From: a virus
Lineage: Duplodnaviria; Caudoviricetes
Length of the DNA stretch: 55,693 nucleotides
Reading direction: 5' to 3' (one strand)
IMG/VR virus record: IMGVR_UViG_3300045120_000102
Coordinates: 1 to 55,693 of that record
Positions 16,974 through 27,025 of the stretch are shown here, one piece after another. The notes beneath the pieces were generated by a model. The model did no database searches. It saw nothing but the letters and a program-made list of their open reading frames with translations, and was not told the origin of the DNA. Every line of letters begins with the position of its first letter. Position 1 is the stretch's first letter. The translations under genes were made by a program, and so were the position numbers.

Positions 16974-18254
16974 TCACCAGAGGCTTGCTCGTTGGAGTGC
17001 GGTCCACGTTTCTTGCACAAAGATCGGGGCCGTCACGCCCGCAGCTTTGGACAGGGCCAGGGTGATGGAGCAGTATTCGGCTGTAGCGGACGCTGTGGCT
17101 GTTCCCGCCGCCAGGTTCGTTCCCGCCACCATCGGAAGCCCGTAGGAGCAGACCACTTTGCCCATGTTGGTGTTGCTGGAGGCGAGTACCTGCCAACCGT
17201 TGGACAGGGTGTACGTTCCTGTCGCGCGTTTCACGACGATCCCGACCGCAAGTGAATCGGTGGACAGGTTCGACCCTGTCAGGCTGGGGATGACGTGGGC
17301 GGTTGTGTTGTTGACGTTGGAGCTGGTGTTGCTGGAGTCGATCAGGTTCGCCACATCGGCGCCCCGCACAACGATGCCTACCGTGTTCCCGGTCTGCGCG
17401 ACCGAGTACAGGTTCGTCGCCGTATAGGTTCTGACCACGCCGGAAGCGTCCGAAGACGACACCGGGTACGCCACAGCGCACAACTGATGCACGTCGCTGC
17501 GTACATCGGTGGTCCCGCCGAGAACGTTCGTCCACCCACCGGGGGCGGTGATCGTCGCAGTCAACGCAGTCGACGACGGCGCCAGGATCACCACATCATC
17601 AGCTGCGGGTATCCACGAGGTGGGGAACGTCACCGTGGGGCTACGGGACGCTGTCAAAGTGGAGGACGCTGTTGATACGACCGTGGGGGCGGTCCACGCC
17701 GGAATGGTGATGTCCGCGATGGTGTAACTGTTGGCGCCTTTGTTGGCGACCGCGTTGGTGAACGCGAACCCACCCAGCCGGTGCGTCGAGTTGACGTTCG
17801 CGTACAGAACGTTCCCGGGGTCCTGCCACGAAATGACCGGTGCGCTGTTCTTCATGGCGGTGTAAACGCCGTTGAATGCCTGCGTTTCCAGCACATCCGT
17901 AGCCACCCACGACGTGGTGCCCGGGGCGACGATCAGGCCGTCAGTATCAACGCCGTCCTTCGTGTACGAGAACGACAACGCGCCGCCCGCCGACCATTTG
18001 GCCTGCACCATGTCGTAGTTCGCGGCCGCATCACCGAGGCGGCAGAACTGATCCATCGCGTCGACACCATCGGTAACGGTCGTCGCGACCCGCAGATTGT
18101 CCGTGGCCGCAGCTTGGTCGCACACCGCGTAGCTGTAGGCGGTGGAGTCAGCTACGAGGGCGTTGGAGACGATGGTCATGCCGCCGATGAGGGTGTCCCA
18201 GTCGGCGCCGGGCGCCCCGTTCGCCCGGTTGAAATCGTCAGTGAACGAAGCCAT
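16974..18254 (-). CDS. Minor tail protein, lectin-like N-domain
   Basis: FTDDFNRANG start motif; beta-rich. Confidence 0.75.
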   Translation of the reverse strand: MASFTDDFNRANGAPGADWDTLIGGMTIVSNALVADSTAYSYAVCDQAAATDNLRVATTVTDGVDAMDQFCRLGDAAANYDMVQAKWSAGGALSFSYTKDGVDTDGLIVAPGTTSWVATDVLETQAFNGVYTAMKNSAPVISWQDPGNVLYANVNSTHRLGGFAFTNAVANKGANSYTIADITIPAWTAPTVVSTASSTLTASRSPTVTFPTSWIPAADDVVILAPSSTALTATITAPGGWTNVLGGTTDVRSDVHQLCAVAYPVSSSDASGVVRTYTATNLYSVAQTGNTVGIVVRGADVANLIDSSNTSSNVNNTTAHVIPSLTGSNLSTDSLAVGIVVKRATGTYTLSNGWQVLASSNTNMGKVVCSYGLPMVAGTNLAAGTATASATAEYCSITLALSKAAGVTAPIFVQETWTALQRASLW

Positions 18255-18258
18255 TACG

Positions 18259-20142
18259 TTAGAACGTGACCCAGTGGGAGCCGTCGTTGATTAAACGGCC
18301 ACCCGCGCCCGCGGCAATCGTGTAGGAGGTGACCTGCGCGGCAGCCCAGATCGAGTTCGTGGCACCCGCGATGGTCAGGTTGCCGCTGCCCTCGTTTTTG
18401 AAGATGAACTCCACGCCCTTGTACTGCGCCAATGTGAGATCGGAGGGCAGGGTGAACGTGTTCGTGGTGCCGGTCGCCGTGTTCAGTTTGATCGCCGGGA
18501 TCAGTGTCCGCGCCCCAGAAGCGCGCAAACTGTTGACTTTCGTTCCCGACGCGTTCTGCGGCTGATACGGGATCGTGCCGGTGACCGCGGTGACCAGATT
18601 CGCGGAAGACTGCACGAACTGATCGTTTATCCCGTTGAGCATCGGGCCGACGGTGTTGCCGTTGAAATAGGCGGGGTCGATACCCGTGGCGTTCAGGATG
18701 CGCAGCAATGCGATGTCGGATGCGCCCGACTGGAACACCGGCCCGATCTGGCAGCCGAAAATGTTCGGGGTCGTCGAATGCACCAACGGAACCTCACCCG
18801 TCGCGTTGCACGAATGCACAACGTCACGGATGGTGTGCCCGACCACATACCCGGTTGATGCGGTATAGCTCGGTAGCTTCGCTTCGAACCCTGTCCCGGC
18901 GGCGGCTTCGTCGGCGTACAGAACACAGAAGTCGTTGTTGTCTTTGCCTTCGTTGCCGAATTTCACGTCGCGGATGACGAACCCGTCGCCGCCGTTGTCG
19001 CCGGACACGAACGGATTTGTAGGCCACGGCGGCAACCAAACATCGGTGCGCGGGAAAGTTGTGTAAGCCGCATACCTGAGGAAGTTCCCGCCGCGGATGT
19101 GGGCATTCGACCCGACCAGCCCCAGCTTGACGCCGATCTGGTAGCAGTAGAAGTCGCAGTTGTCGATGTTGACGGTGTCGACCAAACCGCTCAATGCGAG
19201 ACAGATGGTGCCCGCGGACGCAGCGTCAGTGGCGAACGACGCGGCGAACGCGCAATCCCGCACCGACCAATACGGGCTGTCGGTGTTCCGGTGCCCGACC
19301 GCGCACTGGGTGAAATCCTCGAAGCGGCAGTTCTCGATGATCCTGAACCCGGACACGGTCGTGTTGGCGTAGGTGGACCGGATGGCCCCCGCGCCGCCGG
19401 CGAACCGGATACCGGACACTTCCATGCAGTCGAAAAAGTCCGTCTTGTCCCAGAACCGGTTCCCCGCGCTGATACTGATCTGCGTCTGCCCGGGCCCGTC
19501 GCCGTGAACGATCAGGTTGTCGGTGCTGATCGGGGCGCCGTCGAAGATGTAGTTACCCGCAGGGACGCGGATCGGTCCTGCCGCTGCTGCGGCGCGGAAA
19601 GCGTTACCCGAAGAGGTCGCGCCGGTCGGGTCGGCGTTGAACGGGGAATCAACGACGCTCGGCATCGAGCCGCTGCCGCCACCACCGCCGGTGTATAGCG
19701 GAATGTTCAGTGTGTTCCCGGACAGTGTTGCTGCGCCGCTGGTGCCGGTGGTTGTCAGCCGCAGCGGTGCAGCGTAGGACCAGTGCGCCGCCGTCGTCGG
19801 GGTCGCCTGCTTCGCGGTGAACTCGGCGGTCGTGCCCGGACCCATCACGAGGACCGAGTTCGCGCCCGAGCTTTGAACTGTCACGTTGCCGGTCGAGTTG
19901 TTGATAACTCGCCACGCCGCGCCCTGCGGAACCCCTGTCGTCGGCAACCGAACGGTCTGCGTGGTGGTGCCTGTGAACTCCTGAGTCCGCTGCGACGCTA
20001 CCGTGAGCGTTGTGATACCCGCCGCCGTGGCCGTCGTGGCGAACCCTAGGAACGTGTTCAGCGCCGACATGTTGCCGTTGCTGTCAACGTTCAATGCGCT
20101 GCTCTGCAGCGAATTACCGTTGATGATCAGCGCATTACCCAT
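18259..20142 (-). CDS. Tailspike-like protein with pectate-lyase-like beta-helix
   Basis: FNADPTGATSSGNAFRAA..IRVPAGNY; IENCRF/VRDCAF/IDNCDF rungs. Confidence 0.75.
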   Translation of the reverse strand: MGNALIINGNSLQSSALNVDSNGNMSALNTFLGFATTATAAGITTLTVASQRTQEFTGTTTQTVRLPTTGVPQGAAWRVINNSTGNVTVQSSGANSVLVMGPGTTAEFTAKQATPTTAAHWSYAAPLRLTTTGTSGAATLSGNTLNIPLYTGGGGGSGSMPSVVDSPFNADPTGATSSGNAFRAAAAAGPIRVPAGNYIFDGAPISTDNLIVHGDGPGQTQISISAGNRFWDKTDFFDCMEVSGIRFAGGAGAIRSTYANTTVSGFRIIENCRFEDFTQCAVGHRNTDSPYWSVRDCAFAASFATDAASAGTICLALSGLVDTVNIDNCDFYCYQIGVKLGLVGSNAHIRGGNFLRYAAYTTFPRTDVWLPPWPTNPFVSGDNGGDGFVIRDVKFGNEGKDNNDFCVLYADEAAAGTGFEAKLPSYTASTGYVVGHTIRDVVHSCNATGEVPLVHSTTPNIFGCQIGPVFQSGASDIALLRILNATGIDPAYFNGNTVGPMLNGINDQFVQSSANLVTAVTGTIPYQPQNASGTKVNSLRASGARTLIPAIKLNTATGTTNTFTLPSDLTLAQYKGVEFIFKNEGSGNLTIAGATNSIWAAAQVTSYTIAAGAGGRLINDGSHWVTF

Positions 20143-20152
20143 GCAACACCTC

Positions 20153-20665
20153 CTAGGCCAGCGTCACCGGAGTTTGCGGCTCGAACAGGACAGATGTAGC
20201 CGACAACGCAACCCCGATTGGTTGCACGATGTTCCCAGTCGTTGACGGTGCCGTCCCGGTAGCGCCGCCCGCCGTGGTAGACAGGAACACATCAGCGCCG
20301 ACCGTCTGACCGGTAACAGCGGTGTTGATGCTATTGGTGTACACGGTCGCCGAGGCGCCGGAACCGAACGCCGCCAGCACGTAGCCGTGCGCCCGCTTGG
20401 CCGCGGTCGTCGCGTTCGCCTTCTGCGCCTTCAGCCCAGAGCTGTTGAACAGGTTGACGAAGTCGCCGGCGGCCAGCGCTTCGCTCGTCGTGACCGTGGT
20501 GGTGAGGGCCGAACCGCCACCACCCGAGATCATCGTTGCGTCGATAACACCCGACGCATTCAGCGATACGATCTTGTTGGCGTCGGCCGCACCGGCCGAG
20601 GAATTAGCTGACGCAACTTCGGTTGCCGTGCCCGAAGCAAGGGCTAGGTACTTGTTACCGGCCAT
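20153..20665 (-). CDS. Minor virion protein (cement/decoration-like), paralog of 20686-21189
   Basis: Shared TTVTTSEALxAGxxVNLxNSSGLKAxxANATT domain. Confidence 0.75.
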   Translation of the reverse strand: MAGNKYLALASGTATEVASANSSAGAADANKIVSLNASGVIDATMISGGGGSALTTTVTTSEALAAGDFVNLFNSSGLKAQKANATTAAKRAHGYVLAAFGSGASATVYTNSINTAVTGQTVGADVFLSTTAGGATGTAPSTTGNIVQPIGVALSATSVLFEPQTPVTLA

Positions 20666-20685
20666 TCAACATTCTCCTAAAGGGG

Positions 20686-21189
20686 TCAGGCGACCGTGAT
20701 CGGGGTCAGCGGATGGAATATGTAGCTTGTCGCTGACAGCGCTTTGCCGACCCGCTGCGACAGATTTCCCGCCGTCGACGGGGCTGTAGCCGTGGCGCCG
20801 CCAGCTGAGGCGGCCAGATAAACTGGCGCGCCGACCGTCAAGCCTGTAGCTGCGGTGTTGACGCCGTTCAGATACACGGTCGCGGTCGCGCCCGAACCAA
20901 CGTTGGCGAGGACATACCCATCCGCGGTAAGCCCTGTTGTTGTCGCGTTCGCCCGACGCGCTTTCAGTCCGCTCGAATTCCACAGGTTCACCAGGTTGCC
21001 GGCGCTCAACGCCTCTGATGTGGTCACCGTCGTGAACAGCGCGCCGCTAGACGACATCCCAGCAATATCGGCGGTGTTCTGATTGATCTGCGTTGTGATT
21101 GCATTCAGCCCGCGCGGCGTAGTAGCCGGAAGTTCCGACAGGGCCCCCGTCGGGGTAAACGCATCCGTGTAATCAACCGGCAACGGCAT
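20686..21189 (-). CDS. Minor virion protein (cement/decoration-like), paralog of 20153-20665
   Basis: Shared TTVTTSEALxAGxxVNLxNSSGLKAxxANATT domain. Confidence 0.75.
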   Translation of the reverse strand: MPLPVDYTDAFTPTGALSELPATTPRGLNAITTQINQNTADIAGMSSSGALFTTVTTSEALSAGNLVNLWNSSGLKARRANATTTGLTADGYVLANVGSGATATVYLNGVNTAATGLTVGAPVYLAASAGGATATAPSTAGNLSQRVGKALSATSYIFHPLTPITVA

Positions 21190-21213
21190 CCGCTAAACCT
21201 CCTTCCGCATGCT

Positions 21214-21399
21214 CTACGGCTCCGGCGGCGGCTCAACGACCGCCATGTCAAGCCACGCCGACGCAGCCATATCGGCGTCGGTGATGTAGTGCGGCTTCTT
21301 GTTCGGTGGGAACACCCTCCACGCCTGCGGATCACCCAAACCGGTTTCCTGCGCCAACCAGCTCGTGGCCGGGTCCATCTTCACCGCCGGATGCGTCAC
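21214..21399 (-). CDS. Small tail-region protein
   Basis: 61 aa ORF with RBS. Confidence 0.65.
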   Translation of the reverse strand: MTHPAVKMDPATSWLAQETGLGDPQAWRVFPPNKKPHYITDADMAASAWLDMAVVEPPPEP

Positions 21400-21408
21400 T
21401 CAACCCCC

Positions 21409-23364
21409 TTATAGGTAGCTGCGGTTTACGCCGGTCACAGTGACCCACGTCTCCGTGCCCGTCGACTCAGCCTGGATGTAGTTGCCGGCGATGCCGTTGT
21501 GGTAGGTGGCGATCTCAATCACGTCACCAGCAAGGAAATAATCGGACCATGTCGCGGACAGCGCGTCACCTATCGCGATGCTGCCGCTGCCCATCGGGGT
21601 CGCCTTCAACAGTGACCCGTTGACCCACAGCCCGAGCTTCATCACAGCAGTCAGGTTGCTGCCGATCCGTATGCACGTGTTGATCGAATAGTTACCCTCG
21701 TCGAGGAACGTGAACGTACCGGTGACCGGGTCCGCGTCGATGTTCACGCTGGCCCTGGCGACGACCTGCCAAAAATTAGCAGGCAACGGCGACCAACCGT
21801 TCGGGTAAGACACCGCCGTCGTGCTTGTGCGGTACATTTCCGCGGTCGGCCCCAACAATGTCGGAGGCAGGTTGTCGGTGACCGACGTACCTTTGATGGT
21901 GCCCGGCCCGATCGCACCGAAAAGGTCCGTCTTCATCTCCGTGCGGGAGCCCCAGTACCGGAACCCGGCACCCATCTGCGACAGGTTCGCGGCCGTAACC
22001 TCCGCTGGCACAGCCAGATTCGGGAACCGCTTGACTAGGGTGTCACCGGAATATATCTCGAACTGCTTAGGGTTCGCGCCGACCCCGGCGACCACCTTGA
22101 TGTCCAACGACCACGTCAATGGAATGTTGCTTGCCCACACCGTGTCCACCCCACCAATACGGCAGCCGATGTCACCGCGGTACGTCAAAAAGCTAGGTGA
22201 GTACGCGCGCGCCCACACCCCGTTCGCCGGTGTGGTCGTGGAGTCTGCGCGCACCCACGACCAAATGCGTGGTGTCCCACCAGAGCCTGTCTGGGTTGGC
22301 GGGGACGCCATCGAGCCGCGCACAATCTGGTAGTCGGTGTCGGTGGGCACCGTGTGCATCACGTCGGCGCCGCGGTTGCCGTTGTTAACCAGATTCCATG
22401 CGGCCTTGCCGTCTTCGATTACGACAGTCGAAGTAGCACCAACGGCGCCGAAGTAGGTGACGACGAACTCCACGGGCATCGGCCCGTCCGGGTAGTCACC
22501 GAAGTCGACGTCGATTGTTTTGCCCGCATACCGCGAGCCCGTTGCTGTCGACTGCAAGCTCTGCAACTGCCTTGCATGCGAAAGGATCTCGTTGTAGATG
22601 GTCGTCATGAACTGCTGCGCATCCGAAACATCTGTGCCGGTCAGGGATGTGAGCCCGGACCACGCCTGCGAAGCGGCGTCCTGGATGGCCTGCAGGCCAG
22701 GCACGCTCGCATCCGGTATCGGCGGCATGCCGAGGAGGTTGACCAGTTTGGCTGCATCCAGATCGGATGCGGCGGTCAGCAAATCGGCCAGCCATGTGTT
22801 CTGCTGCGCCGGGGTCGATCCGGTGAGGCCGGTGAGGAAATCCATCACCTGCTGGTATGCGTCGGTGACCGCATCGGTGATCGCATCATTGAGATCCGCC
22901 CACCCGGCAGCGATCTCAGCGGGTGTCGGATACCCGGCACCCGTCCCCGAGAACAACTGCACCAGTTTCCTGATGGGCGCAAAAATGTTCTGCACCGCAA
23001 GCAAAGTCGGATCAGTGCCCGTGAAATTCCCGTTGATCGCGTCAAGCAGGCCGAGCAGCTCCCCGACAAGCGGAAGGTTTTCGATGAACTCAACGAACAG
23101 CGGCGGCAGATCGTCGGGGCCGGTGATGTCAGCCGGATCAGATTGCGCGATCAGCGAATTCACGCCAGCCCAGATGGTTGTCATCACCCCGAACAGGCCG
23201 CCTCCCGAGGGGTTACCGCCCGTCGAGGTGTTGAACGTGGCAGGGAACCGGGCGTCGGCGCGTGACTTCATCGCCGCCTCGGACATGTCTTGCAGCGAAC
23301 TGGCCAACGTGGCAGGCGTCAAAGCGCCCTGCGGCAGGTTCGGGACACCGCCGGGTGTCGTCAC
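21409..23364 (-). CDS. Minor tail protein
   Basis: MTTPGGVPNLPQGAL start typical of mycobacteriophage minor tails; position. Confidence 0.85.
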   Translation of the reverse strand: MTTPGGVPNLPQGALTPATLASSLQDMSEAAMKSRADARFPATFNTSTGGNPSGGGLFGVMTTIWAGVNSLIAQSDPADITGPDDLPPLFVEFIENLPLVGELLGLLDAINGNFTGTDPTLLAVQNIFAPIRKLVQLFSGTGAGYPTPAEIAAGWADLNDAITDAVTDAYQQVMDFLTGLTGSTPAQQNTWLADLLTAASDLDAAKLVNLLGMPPIPDASVPGLQAIQDAASQAWSGLTSLTGTDVSDAQQFMTTIYNEILSHARQLQSLQSTATGSRYAGKTIDVDFGDYPDGPMPVEFVVTYFGAVGATSTVVIEDGKAAWNLVNNGNRGADVMHTVPTDTDYQIVRGSMASPPTQTGSGGTPRIWSWVRADSTTTPANGVWARAYSPSFLTYRGDIGCRIGGVDTVWASNIPLTWSLDIKVVAGVGANPKQFEIYSGDTLVKRFPNLAVPAEVTAANLSQMGAGFRYWGSRTEMKTDLFGAIGPGTIKGTSVTDNLPPTLLGPTAEMYRTSTTAVSYPNGWSPLPANFWQVVARASVNIDADPVTGTFTFLDEGNYSINTCIRIGSNLTAVMKLGLWVNGSLLKATPMGSGSIAIGDALSATWSDYFLAGDVIEIATYHNGIAGNYIQAESTGTETWVTVTGVNRSYL

Positions 23365-23798
23365 CTACGGACCGCCCTAGCTGTGGCGCCGATCGCCTTC
23401 GGGCATTTCGGGGCTTCCGCTGTGCCGGCCACGAACGGCTCCGCGGTGGTGTGCTGCGGCGGATCAGGCACACTGACCGACTCCTGCCGCACACCGTCAA
23501 CAATCCACGCAGGCGCACGCACGACAGCCGGGTCGATGTGCCCGGTCTGCCGGACGCCGAGAGCCACCAACTGCTCAGACAGCTTCCCCACCCACGGCTG
23601 CAACGCGGTCAAAGGCATATCAGTCGCTATCAGCAGCGCCGACGCCAGGGCCCCACCGACCGCCGCTATCTGCGCCGGAATGTCTTCGCTATTCGGGATT
23701 TTCTTCGGGATGAACGCATTGTGCACAACCCGCTCCGCGATCGCCTGCGCCGCCTCCGCAGTCAACTCTGGTGCGCCCGGACCCTCAGGTGTGTTCAT
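23361..23798 (-). CDS. Minor tail protein
   Basis: LSEQLVALGVR motif; position after the hub protein. Confidence 0.75.
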   Translation of the reverse strand: MNTPEGPGAPELTAEAAQAIAERVVHNAFIPKKIPNSEDIPAQIAAVGGALASALLIATDMPLTALQPWVGKLSEQLVALGVRQTGHIDPAVVRAPAWIVDGVRQESVSVPDPPQHTTAEPFVAGTAEAPKCPKAIGATARAVRR

Positions 23799-23801
23799 TG
23801 G

Positions 23802-25616
23802 CTACCACAACCCGATCTCTCCGAGCCCGCCGATCGCCCGCGACGTCAACTCCGCTAACCGTTCGATAGCGTCCTTCTTGTTGCGGGTGTCACCGAACTT
23901 CGCGACAACCAACCCTTTACCCGCACCCCAGTCGAGGTCGAGTTCTCGGCAGCGGCGTACGAACACCCTTGGCATCAGATACTTTTGCGTTCCGCCGACA
24001 CGGTCGCCGAGCCACCAATGCCCGAATCCGTTCGCCCCGATCAGCCACGGCGACGCATTCGCAACCGTCAGCGTGAACGCCGTGTCGGGGTCCGTTTCGC
24101 GGCGTCGGCGACGTAAATCCATGACACTGGCCGCGGTGTAGGCCTGCGTAACCTGGCTGGAGTTCGTTTCGAGGTAGTGACCCCAGCCCTGCCTGGCGAC
24201 CCTGTCCAGCAGGGGGACGCTCATATGGGCGAGGATCGAATCCCGGTAGATCGGCTCCAGGAAAGCGTTCAAAGCGCCGCCGAGGGAACCCACGGAAATG
24301 TTGTAGCCGATACCTACCGAGATGACCGCACCAATGTTGTCGCCGGCTACATCGCCGCCGTACTGGATTGCCGCGGCGATCAGCTCGTCGACGCCGGGCA
24401 TCGACTCGCCCCCAACTGTGATCCGGCCAGGGCCGCCCGGCGACCGGGAGAACTCCGACGTTTGAATGCCGGTGATGTCGCCGTCCCGGTAGATCACATA
24501 TGGGTGCGCGGGCAGCGTACCCAGGATGCCGGGCAGTCGGTACCCGGTTTCGTCGATCGCCTCACCTGTGAACAGGTTGTAGGAGTCCTCAACATAGTTG
24601 GATGTCACATCGGCGATGCTGCGGGTCAACCCGGTCAGAAGGTTCCCGCCCAGCGAGGTCCCTTGACGGAACCCTGATTTGTCGACAATTCCGACCATCA
24701 GAGTGCCGTCACGGAAATTGGTGCCGGCCCCCGGCCACGGCTCAGGATCACCTTTGAACCAGCGCCGCAAATCCCACTGCAACTCGGCGTCCTCAAGGAT
24801 CGGCGCCGCGACATCGAAAATGCTGGTGCGGATACTGCCGACCACCAAAGCGGGCGGCGCCACCGAATCGCCGAAGTTGCTTGGCTTCACAACAATCTGG
24901 GATTGCTCCCACACATGCGTCACATGGTCGATAATCCCGGGGACAGTCCAATTCGCTGGGACCAGCAGCGCCTGAAGGTCGTCCACGGAGATGTTGAAAA
25001 GCTGCAGACGCAGCTGGTTCGCCATCAGCGTCAAAAGGATGCCTTGATCCGCCGGGGCGAGCAGCATCCACGCTTTCGGCTGCTGAATCAGGCTGATCGG
25101 CAGGAACGGGTTGCCTGCGGTGTGAACGTATTTCAGTTCTTCGATGTCGTCGAAGAAGTCTATGACAACTTCGTCGCCCGCCTGATCGCGGACGACGGTC
25201 ACACCGTTCTTTGGTTTCATCCTGCCGCCGAGGCGGGCGCCCATCGTTTCGACGATGATGTGGATATTTGAGGTGCCGCGGCCCTCTTCGTCTAAAGCCC
25301 AGAACGCGGCCCATGTGCGGCGCGGCTCGTCCAGGTCGATGGGTAGCCGGAGTTGGATGGTGCCGGTTTCGTTGACTTGAACGTTGACGCTGCCCGCGTT
25401 TTCGCCATGGACGGTTCCGCGGTACTGCCAGTCGCCGTCATACAGTTTTATGACGGGTCGGTCGTTGGCGCGTTCGATACGATAGTCGCGCAGTTCACGC
25501 GCCCATGCGGCGAAGTCGTCGTGGTCGGTGCCGGTGAACGGCTCCCCGAACGTGAACGGCCCTGATGGGGCGGCACCGCCTAGTGTGAACGGTAAAGTCG
25601 CCGGCAGGGTAGCCAT
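23802..25616 (-). CDS. Minor tail/baseplate hub protein
   Basis: IKLYDGDW, NPFLP...QQPKAW, GHWWLGDRVG motifs. Confidence 0.88.
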   Translation of the reverse strand: MATLPATLPFTLGGAAPSGPFTFGEPFTGTDHDDFAAWARELRDYRIERANDRPVIKLYDGDWQYRGTVHGENAGSVNVQVNETGTIQLRLPIDLDEPRRTWAAFWALDEEGRGTSNIHIIVETMGARLGGRMKPKNGVTVVRDQAGDEVVIDFFDDIEELKYVHTAGNPFLPISLIQQPKAWMLLAPADQGILLTLMANQLRLQLFNISVDDLQALLVPANWTVPGIIDHVTHVWEQSQIVVKPSNFGDSVAPPALVVGSIRTSIFDVAAPILEDAELQWDLRRWFKGDPEPWPGAGTNFRDGTLMVGIVDKSGFRQGTSLGGNLLTGLTRSIADVTSNYVEDSYNLFTGEAIDETGYRLPGILGTLPAHPYVIYRDGDITGIQTSEFSRSPGGPGRITVGGESMPGVDELIAAAIQYGGDVAGDNIGAVISVGIGYNISVGSLGGALNAFLEPIYRDSILAHMSVPLLDRVARQGWGHYLETNSSQVTQAYTAASVMDLRRRRRETDPDTAFTLTVANASPWLIGANGFGHWWLGDRVGGTQKYLMPRVFVRRCRELDLDWGAGKGLVVAKFGDTRNKKDAIERLAELTSRAIGGLGEIGLW

Positions 25617-27022
25617 CAGTCTAGACCCGCTTCCGCGCTCCAGAACCGTCTCTGTCGGAGTGTGGCTTTCGCTCCGGACGGCCCGTTACACACCACCGGC
25701 ATGAGGATCGGCGCGACCTCGGTGCCCGTGCCCGGCGGAACCATGTAGATCGGTTCAACCCCATTGAACAGGCCCGCAATGTTCGACAAATCCGCCGACA
25801 CGTAAGTGTCCATGAACGGATCGGACATCACCGACAGCATGGACACCAGTTGTGGTGTCACAATCATGCGGGCCGCGTCCTCACCGACAGCACGCCCCCA
25901 ACGGCGTTCATTCCCGAAACTGTGATCCGGGAACTGCCACTGCACTGCCGGGTCGAGTTCCCATTCCAGCCATAACGGCTGATCGGTAGGGTTCCACACG
26001 TCGAACCATCCCTGATTAGGGTTCGCCGCTACCCTGATAACGGGCGCTATGCCGGTCGTCTTCCCCATGAACAGTGCCGCCAGGAACCCCGACAGCGGGC
26101 CGCTGGAGAAATTCAGCGTGAACCCGAAGAACGTTGCACTGACGGACACGCCGCCAGTGCCGACCGTGGACAGTTGCTCCAACGCCGTTTGCAGCGTCGA
26201 AGCGGACGAAAAGAACGATAGAGGGGTTGTCGTTTGGCCGCCCACAGCGAGCGAGTAGGTCAGGCCGCCGATGGTGATGGTGAAGTCGAGCGGCGCCAAC
26301 CCGGACCCGTCAACGGTCAGCATCCCCGGCTTGGATGTCGGGGTGATGACTGTCCACTTCCCCGGCGAACCGGACACTGTGACATTCCCGACGCCGCCGA
26401 TAGACGGCAACGCTGCCAGCGCGGTCCGCACCGTCGCGGTGGACGCGTTCCATGCGAGGGGCGGTGTCAACGCCGACCCGCCGTATGCAAGTTTGAACGT
26501 GCCGCCCGACGAGTTCGTGTAGATGGTGAAGTTCCCCGAATTCACCCATTCGGATACGTCTTCGACGCCCTCGAACATCGGGTTTACCGCGATCGCACTG
26601 ACGACGGCGTGATACACGTCGTCGATGTCGGCGTCGAACCCGTCTTCGGTGGTGTAGTCGATCTGCTTCGCCAACTTCAGCGTTAGTGACCGTCTGCCGC
26701 TGGGGCCGTCGTAATGCCATCGGACACGCTCCAAGGTGTCCGAATACATTGATGGTGTGCCCCAAAGCTTCTGGAACCGTGGACGACTGGCGGGGGTCAG
26801 CCAGAACGGGAGAGTCATTTCCCGGATCGGTATCGACTGCCCGGTGATGCGGCCACCGACCTCGAACGCCCCGGATTGGGTTCGCGCAGTGAACCCCGCG
26901 TCGTACGCACCTTTGGGGTCGGTGTCTAAAATGATGTCGTCGACAAGGAAGGCGTCGTCGGGGGCCGACACAACCACCGAGTCACCGTTGGATGATTCCA
27001 GGGTGATCGTTGCTACCGGCAT
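25616..27022 (-). CDS. Distal tail-like minor tail protein with two inserted repeated domains
   Basis: Follows the tape measure; NPTDQPLWLEW; two TxPL...AxxLxxALxxL repeats. Confidence 0.85.
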   Translation of the reverse strand: MPVATITLESSNGDSVVVSAPDDAFLVDDIILDTDPKGAYDAGFTARTQSGAFEVGGRITGQSIPIREMTLPFWLTPASRPRFQKLWGTPSMYSDTLERVRWHYDGPSGRRSLTLKLAKQIDYTTEDGFDADIDDVYHAVVSAIAVNPMFEGVEDVSEWVNSGNFTIYTNSSGGTFKLAYGGSALTPPLAWNASTATVRTALAALPSIGGVGNVTVSGSPGKWTVITPTSKPGMLTVDGSGLAPLDFTITIGGLTYSLAVGGQTTTPLSFFSSASTLQTALEQLSTVGTGGVSVSATFFGFTLNFSSGPLSGFLAALFMGKTTGIAPVIRVAANPNQGWFDVWNPTDQPLWLEWELDPAVQWQFPDHSFGNERRWGRAVGEDAARMIVTPQLVSMLSVMSDPFMDTYVSADLSNIAGLFNGVEPIYMVPPGTGTEVAPILMPVVCNGPSGAKATLRQRRFWSAEAGLD

Positions 27023-27025
27023 GAT

